35,665 nt of DNA from a plasmid. The stretch's first letter is position 1, and every line of letters begins with the position of its first letter. Position numbers and translations under genes: made by a program. Below the pieces are notes generated by a model that did not search any database, was not told the origin of the DNA, and saw only the letters and a list, made by a program, of their open reading frames with translations. Shown in pieces: positions 25,904-35,326 of this stretch. The DNA lies in sequence record CP051992.1. One strand, 5' to 3'.

Positions 25904-28674
25904 GTTGTCTTTGCCTCCTTGATAAATTTTTGAATCATTTCAATACGCTTAGTCTTTTCTTCTTCTTTTACCTCATTATCAGCTGAGACCAGTTCTTCTA
26001 ATTTTTTTTGCGTTATAGTATTAACATTTTTACCTTGTTCTGCATATGTTCTTAAGTATCTTTCGAAACGTCTTGTAATTTTGTCAAAAATAGCGTCTCC
26101 TACTTTTTCTTTCAAGGTTTCTAAACGTTTAACTCGCACGGCAACATTGCCTTCTTCATTGCTTTGTTTATATTGGTTAATGTCATTAATATTTTTATTT
26201 TCTTGTTCTTTTTGACCGTCTATCCCTTCTTGCATTTCTTCAATACGTTTATCCCAATCAACTAATGTCGCTTCAAGTTGTAAATGCCTGTGCTCACATC
26301 GCGCTTTTAACATAGGTCTAAAATGAATAATACTTTGGCTTGTATCCATTAAGTCTGATAAGTACTGGTAACGATATTTCATTGCATACTTGCCGTCGTT
26401 GAAAATTGGATAAGACATTACTTTGTTTCGTTTTTTATCTTGTCGTTTCAAGTTTCTAACAACGACTGTCTCACCTTCTTGTAAGCGCGCTAATTCATCT
26501 GGTCGTAGTAACGGTCTTTCTTCTTGATTCTCAGTAATGCTTGACTTAATTGCTCCTGCCTCACCCGAACGACTATGAACTGTGATTTGTTGACTTCCAA
26601 TCATTGCGCTAAAATCTTTTAATGTCTGTTCTTGCGTAGCCATGATATACACCTTGTTTTGGCAAGCGTCCATAATCGCATCATATGCATCACCGTATTT
26701 ATCTTTAAATTGAGAAAATGCTTGAACAAAGAAATTAAAACGTAATCCTCTTGAAAGAGATACGTTCACTTTTTGAGATAAATTCGGTATCGGAGGCATA
26801 TTACCTGCTTCATCAAGGTGGAAAATAACGCGTCGATACGTTGATTGATTTTCCGTATATAGCTGAGAATTTTTCGAAATTTCAAAAACAATTTGGTTAA
26901 CGAGTATAGACGCTATACCATGGTTAGCATTGTTATAATCTGGTACAACCATAAATACCGCTATTGGTTTTGGAAAACTATTGAACTTTCTTATCGTAAT
27001 ATCTGAGTTATCTAATTCGCCTTTTTGATTAAATGTGACCTGTCCTTTATCATCTATATGATCAGCATAAAAATAACTTGTGATAACTTGATTATTTCCG
27101 TCTTTCTCTATTGTTTCTATTCTATCTCCGACTTTAAGTACTGTTTTGAACGGATATTGCCAATACCCATATTCATTTACACCTATTTGAATGCCTTCTA
27201 CTTCTTCGTATTCAATGCCGTTTTCACCATCTCGTAACACTTGTACGCCCAATTCAAATGTACTATCTTTGGTTGCGTAACCATCAATAATACTTGGAAA
27301 TCCTAATTTATTAATGTCAAAAGAGGTGTGACTTGTTAATTTGGCTATGGTGTCAGTTGTAAATGGTTGTAATGCCTTTAAAGCCGTTCCGATGATAGAC
27401 GAACGCATTTTGTCTGGTGCAGCTTGAACTGTCGCATATTGCGTTTTAGCTGGACTATGACTAGGGAACCTTTCCATATACTCATCTAATGCCGAAACCT
27501 CAATTAATTGAACTTTGTTTCCAATTGCAATTTCTTTATAAAACCTTTTTGTGCTTAATGTTTGTAACATGTTAGACACACTATAAAGTGTGACTTTTTC
27601 TGGGTTCTTCGGTAGGGTTTCTTCACATAGTGCAAGTATCATAGCGTTAATCAATGCACCAGCCATCAAGTTCCATTCGTTGTCTTCTACACCTTCGTTA
27701 TTGGTTAACGTATATGTAATTTGCTTTGTCATCTCTTGTGCTTCTCCCAAATCGCCTTTCATATATTCATCAATAACTTGTTGCAATGGGTTGAAGCTCA
27801 TCGTTGACTCCATAGGTTGATCCAAATTAAAGATCTCAACTTGGTATCCTCTATTTTCCAACGTTTTATACGATGCAGAAAAAAGTTCTCCCTTCATGTC
27901 ATTTACAATTAATGATGGTTGTTCTGAAGATCTTGAATAGTTTTCTATCATTGATAAAACAACAATTTCTCCCTTACCAGAACGAGATGTACCCACAATT
28001 AAATTATTGGTTGGTGACTCATCAATAAATGTAAATTCGCGTTTTGAGAAAAATGTAGTAGCGAATTCTTTATTCATTTTTCCTAATTTATCTTTGCGTA
28101 ATTCTAATTTTTCATCAGCTGTTAAATCAGTAATTCCGTTAATTTCTCTAATAGCAGTTTTTCTTTGTTCTAAATATTGCTTCGTTTTAGTCACAAAGTC
28201 ATATACACCAAACATTGCGACAGGCAAACCACCTTCTCCTTCAAATGCATGCTCCCTTTGTGGTATTGCTTTATACTGTTGCGTAATTTCCTTTCGTGTG
28301 GCAAATCGCCCTGACGCTTTTTCGTTGTTGTTTAGTGATTTGAAACGCTGTCTAAATTGATATACTTTTTTTCCAAAAAATATAAAGACGAGTACCCAAA
28401 TTGGTATATATAACAACACAGCATCTAAACGAAAGTTAAATATATAATCTGTATATTTCGTGTTCAGTTGTTTCATATTTGTGAAAATGTCATGATTTCC
28501 AAAAAACACTGTCATTAAGATGTTAATCAAAAAATTTGCAATTGCAGTGGCCAATAACATAATTAATAATAATATGCTTACCAATATACATGGATGTGCA
28601 AGCAAATGTTTATTTTGAGAAAACGATAACTTTTTCCTTCTATAGCCATGTTTGTCTTTTGAACCAAACCTCAT
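25900..28674 (-). CDS. type IV coupling protein (VirD4/TraG/TcpA-like, 924 aa) with ~230-aa coiled-coil C-terminal extension
   Basis: N-terminal TM helices. P-loop NLIVGTSRSGKGEIVV (GKG rather than GK[ST]). T4CP-like SLIVNDMKGELF. The start may be internal. Confidence 0.65.
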   Translation of the reverse strand: MRFGSKDKHGYRRKKLSFSQNKHLLAHPCILVSILLLIMLLATAIANFLINILMTVFFGNHDIFTNMKQLNTKYTDYIFNFRLDAVLLYIPIWVLVFIFFGKKVYQFRQRFKSLNNNEKASGRFATRKEITQQYKAIPQREHAFEGEGGLPVAMFGVYDFVTKTKQYLEQRKTAIREINGITDLTADEKLELRKDKLGKMNKEFATTFFSKREFTFIDESPTNNLIVGTSRSGKGEIVVLSMIENYSRSSEQPSLIVNDMKGELFSASYKTLENRGYQVEIFNLDQPMESTMSFNPLQQVIDEYMKGDLGEAQEMTKQITYTLTNNEGVEDNEWNLMAGALINAMILALCEETLPKNPEKVTLYSVSNMLQTLSTKRFYKEIAIGNKVQLIEVSALDEYMERFPSHSPAKTQYATVQAAPDKMRSSIIGTALKALQPFTTDTIAKLTSHTSFDINKLGFPSIIDGYATKDSTFELGVQVLRDGENGIEYEEVEGIQIGVNEYGYWQYPFKTVLKVGDRIETIEKDGNNQVITSYFYADHIDDKGQVTFNQKGELDNSDITIRKFNSFPKPIAVFMVVPDYNNANHGIASILVNQIVFEISKNSQLYTENQSTYRRVIFHLDEAGNMPPIPNLSQKVNVSLSRGLRFNFFVQAFSQFKDKYGDAYDAIMDACQNKVYIMATQEQTLKDFSAMIGSQQITVHSRSGEAGAIKSSITENQEERPLLRPDELARLQEGETVVVRNLKRQDKKRNKVMSYPIFNDGKYAMKYRYQYLSDLMDTSQSIIHFRPMLKARCEHRHLQLEATLVDWDKRIEEMQEGIDGQKEQENKNINDINQYKQSNEEGNVAVRVKRLETLKEKVGDAIFDKITRRFERYLRTYAEQGKNVNTITQKKLEELVSADNEVKEEEKTKRIEMIQKFIKEAKTT

Positions 28675-28688
28675 TATAAAATCACCTC

Positions 28689-29132
28689 TTAAAATGGCAA
28701 GTCTTCAGTAACGAAACCTTTTGCTTTCTGGAAAGTTGTGTTATTTTCATTCACTTCTGTATGTTGTTTATCATCAAATGTTAAGTTATCTAAATTATCA
28801 GTGCTATGCTCTAATTCATTTTCTGATTCTTCTACTTTTTTATTACTAAGATACACAATACGACCAGCAACAAGGTTCATATAATATTTATCAACGCCAT
28901 TAACACTTTTTTTGTTCGTGCTTACATAACCTTCAACATAAACCATGTCGCCTTTTTGATTATATTTCACTAAATTTTCTGCTGTTTTATCAAAAGCCGT
29001 TATGTTTAAAAAGTCAGTGCCATATGCATTATTTACTGCTAGTGTGAAGTTACATCTCGCTTGCATGTTCTCTTTAGTTGTTAGTTCTAAGTCTCTAGCA
29101 ATACGTCCTATAAATTTAAACTCATTTAGCAT
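28689..29132 (-). CDS. ssb: single-stranded DNA-binding protein (147 aa)
   Basis: OB-fold N-terminus (FIGRIARDLELTTKENMQARCNFTLAVN). Acidic tail ending DLPF. Confidence 0.75.
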   Translation of the reverse strand: MLNEFKFIGRIARDLELTTKENMQARCNFTLAVNNAYGTDFLNITAFDKTAENLVKYNQKGDMVYVEGYVSTNKKSVNGVDKYYMNLVAGRIVYLSNKKVEESENELEHSTDNLDNLTFDDKQHTEVNENNTTFQKAKGFVTEDLPF

Positions 29133-29146
29133 TGTTTCACCTCTAT

Positions 29147-30289
29147 TTATTTAAGTTCTTTTTTGAATTTTTCCAAATTCTCGTTTGCTTCTTTAAGCGC
29201 TTTTTCTTTATTTTCAATATCAGATTTCTTTTCTTTTTTATCTTTCGCTTTCTTTAAATCATCTTCTTTACTCTTAACGGCTTCTTCTAGCCCTTTCAAG
29301 CGCTTGTTTTGTTCATCTGCAATCATTTTTGTAACTTCTTTGTCTTCCGTTGTCGCTGCTAATTCTTTCGCCTTATTTAAATTGTCTGTCTCTATATACG
29401 CTTTTACCAGTTGTTTTTTTCTATTGTTTGTTTTATCGATACCTTGACTGTAATTAATGGCATCAGAAAACTTATTCTGGTGTATAGCTAAATCAAACTT
29501 CCCATTATTAGTTGGATATTTCTTATTAAATTCTTCTAAAGCGCTATAATAGTCTCTGCTAATTAAATACGCTTCTACAAATTTTGCATCAGACAACTTA
29601 ACCGCCTTATCATACTCTTCTTTTTGAGCTAATAATTGCGCATATATTTGTTTGTCTTTTTTGGTTAATGTCTCTTGGTCTAATTTAGCAAAATTATCAA
29701 TGGCTTTTTCTTCTTCTCCTAAAAGAGCTTGTTGGTATATTTCTTCTTTTGTCGCAACGTCAGATGCTCCTTTTTTGTTTGGATCTGTAACAACAAGTAT
29801 ATATACTAACAACATTACAAAAACAATCAGCCCCAAAAACATTAATCCGCGCTTTCCCTTTAATTTTTCAAGTATTTCTTTTTGCTTAGTTTTATTTGCA
29901 TTGTTTTGTCTTTGGTATTGAAATTTTGTATTGTCTGGATTATTTTTCTTTTTATTCATAGCAACTTTTTTGTCACGATATGACTTATCCACTTCCTGTA
30001 GGGCAATTAAGTACTGTCGTTTCAGTCTTTTCAATTCTTCTGTGTCAGGCGCAGTTGCTTTAAGCAATGTATAAATTTGTTGTTGTATATTAATATAACC
30101 ACTATTCACTTTGTACGTTGACTCTAAAATATCCTCATATGTTTGTTCGTCATACATTACGTAATCAAATTTATCTAGTGATTCTGGAAATTTCCCTGCT
30201 TCCATATCTTCTGTATAGGACATCATTTCTTCTAATGAAAAATCACTTTGATTTTTGATGTGAAACGATTTCGTTTTTATTCTCAACAA
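29147..30289 (-). CDS. bitopic coiled-coil membrane protein (380 aa)
   Basis: Central TM (GLMFLGLIVFVMLLVYILVV). K/E-rich coiled-coil C-terminus. Confidence 0.5.
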   Translation of the reverse strand: MLRIKTKSFHIKNQSDFSLEEMMSYTEDMEAGKFPESLDKFDYVMYDEQTYEDILESTYKVNSGYINIQQQIYTLLKATAPDTEELKRLKRQYLIALQEVDKSYRDKKVAMNKKKNNPDNTKFQYQRQNNANKTKQKEILEKLKGKRGLMFLGLIVFVMLLVYILVVTDPNKKGASDVATKEEIYQQALLGEEEKAIDNFAKLDQETLTKKDKQIYAQLLAQKEEYDKAVKLSDAKFVEAYLISRDYYSALEEFNKKYPTNNGKFDLAIHQNKFSDAINYSQGIDKTNNRKKQLVKAYIETDNLNKAKELAATTEDKEVTKMIADEQNKRLKGLEEAVKSKEDDLKKAKDKKEKKSDIENKEKALKEANENLEKFKKELK

Positions 30290-30301
30290 GTTTTATCTCT
30301 C

Positions 30302-30341
30302 CTTTAAAAAAAAACGAACAAATTATTAATTTGTCCGTTTA
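30302..30341 (-). terminator. intrinsic terminator/attenuator after the pilin-like gene
   Basis: On the minus strand: aaacggacaaatt-aata-atttgttcgttt followed by ttttttttt. Confidence 0.55.
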
Positions 30342-30635
30342 CATAAAAATTATTTGTAATGTATCTATAACTGCAAACTTAGTTTCTGTCGCTGACGGAA
30401 ATACTGCACTGACATTAACTATTTTTTTAAATGAACGTGCATAAACAAGGGCTCCACCAGATAATACCGCACCAATTATTGCGCCTATCAACGTTCTCTT
30501 TGCCCAGCGTACACCAGTATCCCCAAACATCATTACAGCACCGGAAACAAATATCGAAAGTGCCAATAATGTAATGATAAGTGGTTGAGCATCGTTAATA
30601 AGGGCTACAATTTTTTCATTAAGTCCGTTAAACAT
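30339..30635 (-). CDS. small two-TM membrane protein (98 aa), VirB2-pilin-like candidate
   Basis: Two hydrophobic helices. First sizeable gene of the operon, followed by an attenuating terminator. Confidence 0.4.
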   Translation of the reverse strand: MFNGLNEKIVALINDAQPLIITLLALSIFVSGAVMMFGDTGVRWAKRTLIGAIIGAVLSGGALVYARSFKKIVNVSAVFPSATETKFAVIDTLQIIFM

Positions 30636-30638
30636 GTT

Positions 30639-30833
30639 TTATTCCTCCCAAGCTGTATTATTTTTATTTTCAGAATAAAAACGCAAGGCTTCCATAACAA
30701 CATCTGTATTTTCTGATAAATAATTTTGATATTGGTTATACAGCCATTCGTTATGTGTTTCTCCAGTTACTTTCATTATTTCTGTCACTTGCTTTTTTAA
30801 TTGATTTAAATCATTTTGTGTAATTTTAGACAT
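30639..30833 (-). CDS. small hypothetical protein (64 aa), first gene of T4SS operon
   Basis: ORF 4 bp upstream of the next gene. Confidence 0.4.
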   Translation of the reverse strand: MSKITQNDLNQLKKQVTEIMKVTGETHNEWLYNQYQNYLSENTDVVMEALRFYSENKNNTAWEE

Positions 30834-30904
30834 GATAATTTACCCTTTCTTTTATTCTAAAAAGAAAATTAGGTGAAACACCTTATTCTTTTTTAAATTT
30901 TGCT

Positions 30905-30945
30905 TTATACTAAAAAAGGACTTTTCTTTAAAGTCCTCACAAAAA
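30905..30945 (-). terminator. intrinsic terminator for the upstream 96-aa gene
   Basis: On the minus strand: aggactttaaagaaaagtcct followed by tttttt. Confidence 0.5.
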
Positions 30946-31094
30946 TATTATTCTAGTTCTTTGATAATTACATATATGTGCCTATAGGCTATTTAATGTA
31001 GCTCTAGCATACTTTTAACTAATCTGTCTTTTCAAACAGTCAATAAATTTTACGGTAAGTAAATTTCACTCTTATTAAAATAAGCAAACACTGC

Positions 31095-31385
31095 TTAAAC
31101 ACTTTTGCTTATACTGATGTTTTTGACGCTTTTTAGTTCTTGACTTACTTTCTTACGATAAGCAATTAGTCCATAATTGTCATTAAATACCGTTTTCGTT
31201 TTATAAATAACTTCTGACAAATGGCGTAGTGTTTTTCTCTCGTTTATATCCAAACGTTTATGATCAATTCTCTGACAACGCATACCTTTGATTCGATAAG
31301 TTTTACCATCAAACGTACGTATTTCATCAGCAAAAAAGTAAAAGGCTATAAAATCAAAACGTTTATTTTTCTTATAACAAAGCAT
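31095..31385 (-). CDS. basic hypothetical protein (96 aa)
   Basis: SD catggaggtg. Weak, unconvincing resemblance to a Rep_trans segment (..KTYRIKGMRCQRIDHKRLDINERK). Confidence 0.45.
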   Translation of the reverse strand: MLCYKKNKRFDFIAFYFFADEIRTFDGKTYRIKGMRCQRIDHKRLDINERKTLRHLSEVIYKTKTVFNDNYGLIAYRKKVSQELKSVKNISISKSV

Positions 31386-31420
31386 AAAACAACACCTCCA
31401 TGAGTAAAAGTTATTACGAT

Positions 31421-31460
31421 TATCTAGTATCTCTTGATGTATCTAGTATCTCTTGATGTT
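31421..31460. repeat. perfect 20-bp tandem duplication (atctagtatctcttgatgt x2)
   Basis: Read directly in the leader of the 96-aa gene. Confidence 0.8.
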
Positions 31461-31479
31461 ATGATTGAAATATATAAAT

Positions 31480-31620
31480 TATAAAATATGGGTTCGGATT
31501 GTCAGCACTTTTCACTGCCCGACCCTTGCGGTTCTTTCGTCTTCCCGCTCGCGCTATTCAGGCTGTATTTGTTTCATCTGGTTCATCGGGACTTCCCCTC
31601 CCAGTTTATACACAAAACAG
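31480..31620 (-). promoter_or_regulatory. GC-rich (~50% against a ~29% background) structured leader containing a 10-codon uORF (MNQMKQIQPE, 31554-31586) with strong SD GGGAGGGG
   Basis: Local GC spike. uORF ATG at 31586 with ggagggg 7 nt upstream. Lies ~100-230 nt upstream of the 96-aa gene. Confidence 0.4.
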
Positions 31621-31821
31621 TGTTTGATTAGAATAGTTTAATAAGAATGAAATTCACAGGTTTAGGATTACCCGTTTAACCAATAGTCGTATACCTTATC
31701 TGTATTGAATTCCTTATAATACAGGGGCACGCATATGTAATTATCAAGGTCCAAGTAACCATTAATGGTTACTATAATTATAGCATTACTTAATATTTTA
31801 AGCAAGGAGTTATGATAAAAA

Positions 31822-32142
31822 GTGCAAAAATATCCACGTGTTTTTAGAATCAAATCTACTACAAAACAGTTAATAAAAATAACAAGTGCAATAAACGATT
31901 TGAATAATTCAGATTTTGTAGAAAAAATCATTCAAGAAACTGAATTAAGCAATATTGATTTTAGCAGTTACAATAATTACGGTAAAAAAAGCTATAATAC
32001 TGTACAAGCAACTTATACAATTAGTTATTCAAGTAATGAAAAAATTGAAGCAGTAGCACAGAAACACGGATTAACACGATCTCAAGTGCTTAATTTGTTT
32101 TTATCAAAATATTTGAATATTCCAATAGACCATAAAGACTAA
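31822..32142 (+). CDS. tandem ribbon-helix-helix regulator (106 aa)
   Basis: Two RHH-like units: RVFRIKSTTKQLIKITSAINDLNNSDFVEKII and ATYTISYSSNEKIEAVAQKHGLTRSQVLNLFLSKYL. GTG start. Confidence 0.5.
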   Translation: MQKYPRVFRIKSTTKQLIKITSAINDLNNSDFVEKIIQETELSNIDFSSYNNYGKKSYNTVQATYTISYSSNEKIEAVAQKHGLTRSQVLNLFLSKYLNIPIDHKD

Positions 32143-32149
32143 ATGTGTA

Positions 32150-32192
32150 ACACTCTCAAATGTTGCACATTTTTATTTTACTATATTTCTTT
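32150..32192 (+). terminator. intrinsic terminator
   Basis: atgtgtaaca..tgttgcacat stem then ttttatttt. Confidence 0.5.
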
Positions 32193-32366
32193 TTAATCCG
32201 AAATAATTTTTAATATATTTACACCCTAGATTGTTTTAATATTTTTTGTCAGACAAAGAAGAGGCTATTGCCATAATAAAGAAAATCATAAACACAAATT
32301 TGATTGTGGTTAAAGTAATGATAAAGAATATTTTTACAACCGGAATAAAATAACCTCTAAAAAACA

Positions 32367-32531
32367 TCATGTATATACTCCATATAGCAAACACAGGAAT
32401 AAAAACATACCCCAAAAAAAGCCTGTTAAATTAAGCAAGGCAGATAAAACGTATAAAAAAATGAGCACTAAAATGACAAAACCTTTTAAATTTTCTTTTG
32501 TTAGGCCGCCTATATAGTTTTTATTTCGCAT
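32367..32531 (-). CDS. small two-TM membrane protein (54 aa) immediately downstream of rep
   Basis: ORF track 32367..32549. Internal ATG has SD aaaggagag. Confidence 0.35.
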   Translation of the reverse strand: MRNKNYIGGLTKENLKGFVILVLIFLYVLSALLNLTGFFWGMFLFLCLLYGVYT

Positions 32532-32575
32532 AGTTTTCTCTCCTTTCATTTTTACAAAAAAGTACGTTTGTAATA

Positions 32576-33565
32576 TTAATCATTTTGGCTAAAAATATTC
32601 CAAGAACTATTTTTAAAATTCTTTTTTCGCATGTTTAATGAATGTAATTCTTCAAGTTCCATTTTTATACATTTCATCAAATATCCTTGCATAGTTTCAA
32701 CACTTTCGTTTTTCATATAAACTTTTGCTTTAAAGCGTTTTAAAACATTTACAAGGTCATAATCGATATCTTCTAGCATATAAGTTGTGTTATGTTCAGT
32801 ATTAAACGATTTCTTTGCTTTTAAAATAATTTCTTTTACTACTTTGAGTTCTCTATAAGAAAAATTATTAAGATAGTGTTTTGATTGTTCAGGGAATTCT
32901 TGAAGTTCTGTGAATTTCAAAGCTTCTTCATCAGAATTTAGTGAATCATGATTTGAATGATTTGAATGATTACTAATTTTATTTTTGAACTCTATATCAT
33001 TCAAGTCATTCATATCATTATTGTCAGTATCAATATATTCAGTATTACTTAAATCAGTATCATTAGTGTGCGATTTTCGCATTTCTTGTTGTGCGATTTC
33101 AGCATTTCTAGAAATGCGATTTTCGCATTTCTTGAAATGCGAAAATCGCATTTCAGCGTCATTACTAGGTTCAACACTTGTTTCTTCTTGTTTTTTTAAT
33201 TCATAAACATCTTCTTTAGTAATTGTAGGATTCTTCAAATATAATTTGTTTGGTTTACCTTGACCACATCTGACTTGTTCTAAAAGATCAGCTTTAGATA
33301 ATTCTTTTTTAATTTTTGTTAATTTTCCATCGTGACAATTTAATATAGTTTTAAGATTTTCGTTTGTGAAGATGAAAAATATATCACCATTTTCATCAAA
33401 CCAATTATTTTTAATTGATAATTCTAGTCTATCCTTTAACAATGCATAAGCAATTTTTGCATCATTGCTTAATTGCATATATTTTTCGTTAGTAAAAAAT
33501 ACTTTTGGTAGTTGGTAAAATTTCTCTCTATATTGTTGTTGGATATTAAATCTTTGTTCAGACAT
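32576..33565 (-). CDS. rep: RepA_N-family plasmid replication initiator
   Basis: N-terminus MSEQRFNIQQQYREKFYQLPKVFF...LSNDAKIAYALLKDRLELS...NWFDENGDIFFIFTNE...GQGKPNKLYL is the RepA_N domain. ATG 33563-33565 with SD aaagagg; the ORF track extends to 33682. Confidence 0.8.
   Translation of the reverse strand: MSEQRFNIQQQYREKFYQLPKVFFTNEKYMQLSNDAKIAYALLKDRLELSIKNNWFDENGDIFFIFTNENLKTILNCHDGKLTKIKKELSKADLLEQVRCGQGKPNKLYLKNPTITKEDVYELKKQEETSVEPSNDAEMRFSHFKKCENRISRNAEIAQQEMRKSHTNDTDLSNTEYIDTDNNDMNDLNDIEFKNKISNHSNHSNHDSLNSDEEALKFTELQEFPEQSKHYLNNFSYRELKVVKEIILKAKKSFNTEHNTTYMLEDIDYDLVNVLKRFKAKVYMKNESVETMQGYLMKCIKMELEELHSLNMRKKNFKNSSWNIFSQND
33074..33166. repeat. four ~22-bp iteron-like repeats (tgcgattttcgcatttcttg variants) inside the rep coding sequence; candidate oriV
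   Basis: Read directly; each unit contains the palindrome gcgaaaatcgc. Confidence 0.6.
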
Positions 33566-33649
33566 AATAAAAACCTCTTTCCGAATTTTAGTTTGGTAAG
33601 AGGTAATAAAACGTTTACATTTTTTGTGTTTATTTAATAATCTAGGTGC

Positions 33650-33762
33650 TTGCACTAAAGAGAAAATCATTATATAATACAAGTATCAATTTTATATTAA
33701 ATAAACGTTTGCAGACGTTCTATTACCAGAGAGCAACTAATTCCAGTAGTTGCTCTTTTTTC
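33650..33762 (+). ncRNA. candidate countertranscript (antisense) RNA opposing the rep leader: promoter TTGCAC-17-TATAAT, ~77-nt transcript ending at a hairpin plus T-run
   Basis: ttgcac 33650-33655, tataat 33673-33678, terminator agagcaact..agttgctct+tttttt at 33730-33762. Antisense to the rep 5'UTR. Confidence 0.45.
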
Positions 33763-34112
33763 ATTTCTTATAGATTAATAATAACATGTTGTTATTATTT
33801 GTAAAATTTATTTTTGAATCCACTTACATTATTACTTCGCTATCTCTTAATTACAATTTAATCTTTTCCACTTGCAAAAAGCATTGCTGTAAATACTATG
33901 AAGATCAAAGCTACTATAGTTCCTAATAGAATAAAGATTGCAGAAATGATATTCCATACGATAAAAAATATTTTTTTACCCCCCACCACTTCAATTTATT
34001 TATTGCAAATATTAAAAGACATAGAATGCCCACAAATACGAGTGATGAAAAAGAGATATTTACAGTTTGAATATCCATAGTTATCACCTCTTTATTAGAT
34101 TATACCGTAATT

Positions 34113-34157
34113 TAAACCATTAAACAAGTATACTAGTATAATAGTTTAATGGTTTAA
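34113..34157. promoter_or_regulatory. ~45-bp near-perfect palindrome (aaaccattaaac..gtatactagtata..gtttaatggttt) overlapping the par promoter; centromere/operator candidate
   Basis: Read directly. TATAAT at 34137-34142 lies inside the palindrome. Confidence 0.5.
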
Positions 34158-34224
34158 TGTTAATCTTGTTTAACAGTATACTTTGTGCTAAACTTAGAGC
34201 ATCAACAAAAAAGAGGTGATTAAT

Positions 34225-35091
34225 ATGGATTTTCCATCAAAGTTTTGGAGTAACAATAAAACTGAAAATGAATTGTTAAATAAAATTAAAAACAAAGATG
34301 AGGCTATTGTTTTGACAATAAATATGTTTAAGGGTGGCGTTGGAAAATCGACTTTAACTAATATGTTTGGTTATATTGCCAATAGATATGATTTAAGTGT
34401 TTTATTTATAGATACTGATCCACAGAGAACTTTAACAAAAAAATTGAGTAAAAATTTTAGTACCAAAAAAGAAGCAAATTTAAGTTTTATGGACGGTATA
34501 AAAACAGGTACACTTGAAGATTCTATTTCAACTTTAAGCAATAATATAGATCTTATTAAAGGTGATTGGAATTTAGCTTGGTTTGATAGATATTCAAGAA
34601 GATCATTAAATGTTAAAGATGAATTTTACGTTTATAGTAGTCTAATAGGAAAACTAAAGAAAAATTACGATTTTATATTTTTCGATTCTGTTCCAACTAC
34701 AACAACATTAACTCATAATTGTATTGTTGCAAGTGATTATGTGATTGTACCTGTTGAATCAGAAGAAGATTGTTATAATAATTCAATTGATTATATGTTC
34801 TACCTTTCACAAATGAAACAATATAATAGTAAATTAGATGTATTAGGTATACTTATCTATTTAACAGAAGAAGATAATAAGACAAATAATGAATATGTAA
34901 AAAAGTATCGTAATGAATATAATGATATAGTGTTAAAAAATGTTATTACTAGATCAAGGAGAGTTATGACATGGGGATCACAAGGTATTTCAGAACACAA
35001 ACCTTATGATAAAAAAACATTGAAAAAATATTTAAATGTCTTTTGGGAATTTATGTATAGACTAGATGAAAGAGGTGCTTTTAATGAGTAG
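34225..35091 (+). CDS. parA: ParA-family partition ATPase
   Basis: Deviant Walker A KGGVGKST. ORF track starts at 34216; ATG 34225 follows SD aagagg. Confidence 0.75.
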   Translation: MDFPSKFWSNNKTENELLNKIKNKDEAIVLTINMFKGGVGKSTLTNMFGYIANRYDLSVLFIDTDPQRTLTKKLSKNFSTKKEANLSFMDGIKTGTLEDSISTLSNNIDLIKGDWNLAWFDRYSRRSLNVKDEFYVYSSLIGKLKKNYDFIFFDSVPTTTTLTHNCIVASDYVIVPVESEEDCYNNSIDYMFYLSQMKQYNSKLDVLGILIYLTEEDNKTNNEYVKKYRNEYNDIVLKNVITRSRRVMTWGSQGISEHKPYDKKTLKKYLNVFWEFMYRLDERGAFNE

Positions 35092-35305
35092 TAATTTAGA
35101 TAAATATAGTGCAAAGAAAAGAGAAACCAATGAAATTAAAGAAACACCGTTTGATAAGAATATAAAGAAGAAAGAAGATTTTAAATTAGTTAAGATTGAT
35201 CCAAAAATTCATGTAGATTTAAAGTTTGCAGCTCTAAAAGAAGATACAACAATGAAAGCGGTGGTTGATAAGGCAATTAAAGAATACTTGGAAAAATATC
35301 ACTAA
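35084..35305 (+). CDS. small RHH centromere-binding protein (ParG/ParB-like)
   Basis: Overlaps the parA stop. C-terminal KLVKIDPKIHVDLKFAALKEDTTMKAVVDKAIKEYL RHH pattern. Confidence 0.55.
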   Translation: MSSNLDKYSAKKRETNEIKETPFDKNIKKKEDFKLVKIDPKIHVDLKFAALKEDTTMKAVVDKAIKEYLEKYH

Positions 35306-35326
35306 CAAATAAACTAATAAATTAGT

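Noticed and set aside
31095-31385. 96-aa protein as a truncated rolling-circle Rep (Rep_trans)
   Set aside because: Similarity is limited to a short basic stretch. No catalytic Tyr motif identifiable.
31421-31460. Possibility that the tandem repeats (20-bp x2, 9-bp x3, 22-bp x4) form a CRISPR array
   Set aside because: Repeats are contiguous with no spacers, too few and too short. No cas genes.
31488-31505. GGTTCGGATTGTCAGCAC as an IS257/IS26-family terminal inverted repeat
   Set aside because: Only ~10/15 matches to the remembered consensus. No transposase or second end in the window. Kept only as a weak note.
33898-34080. 60-aa plus-strand ORF in the rep-par intergenic region
   Set aside because: No SD. 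The region is occupied by divergent promoters or operators.
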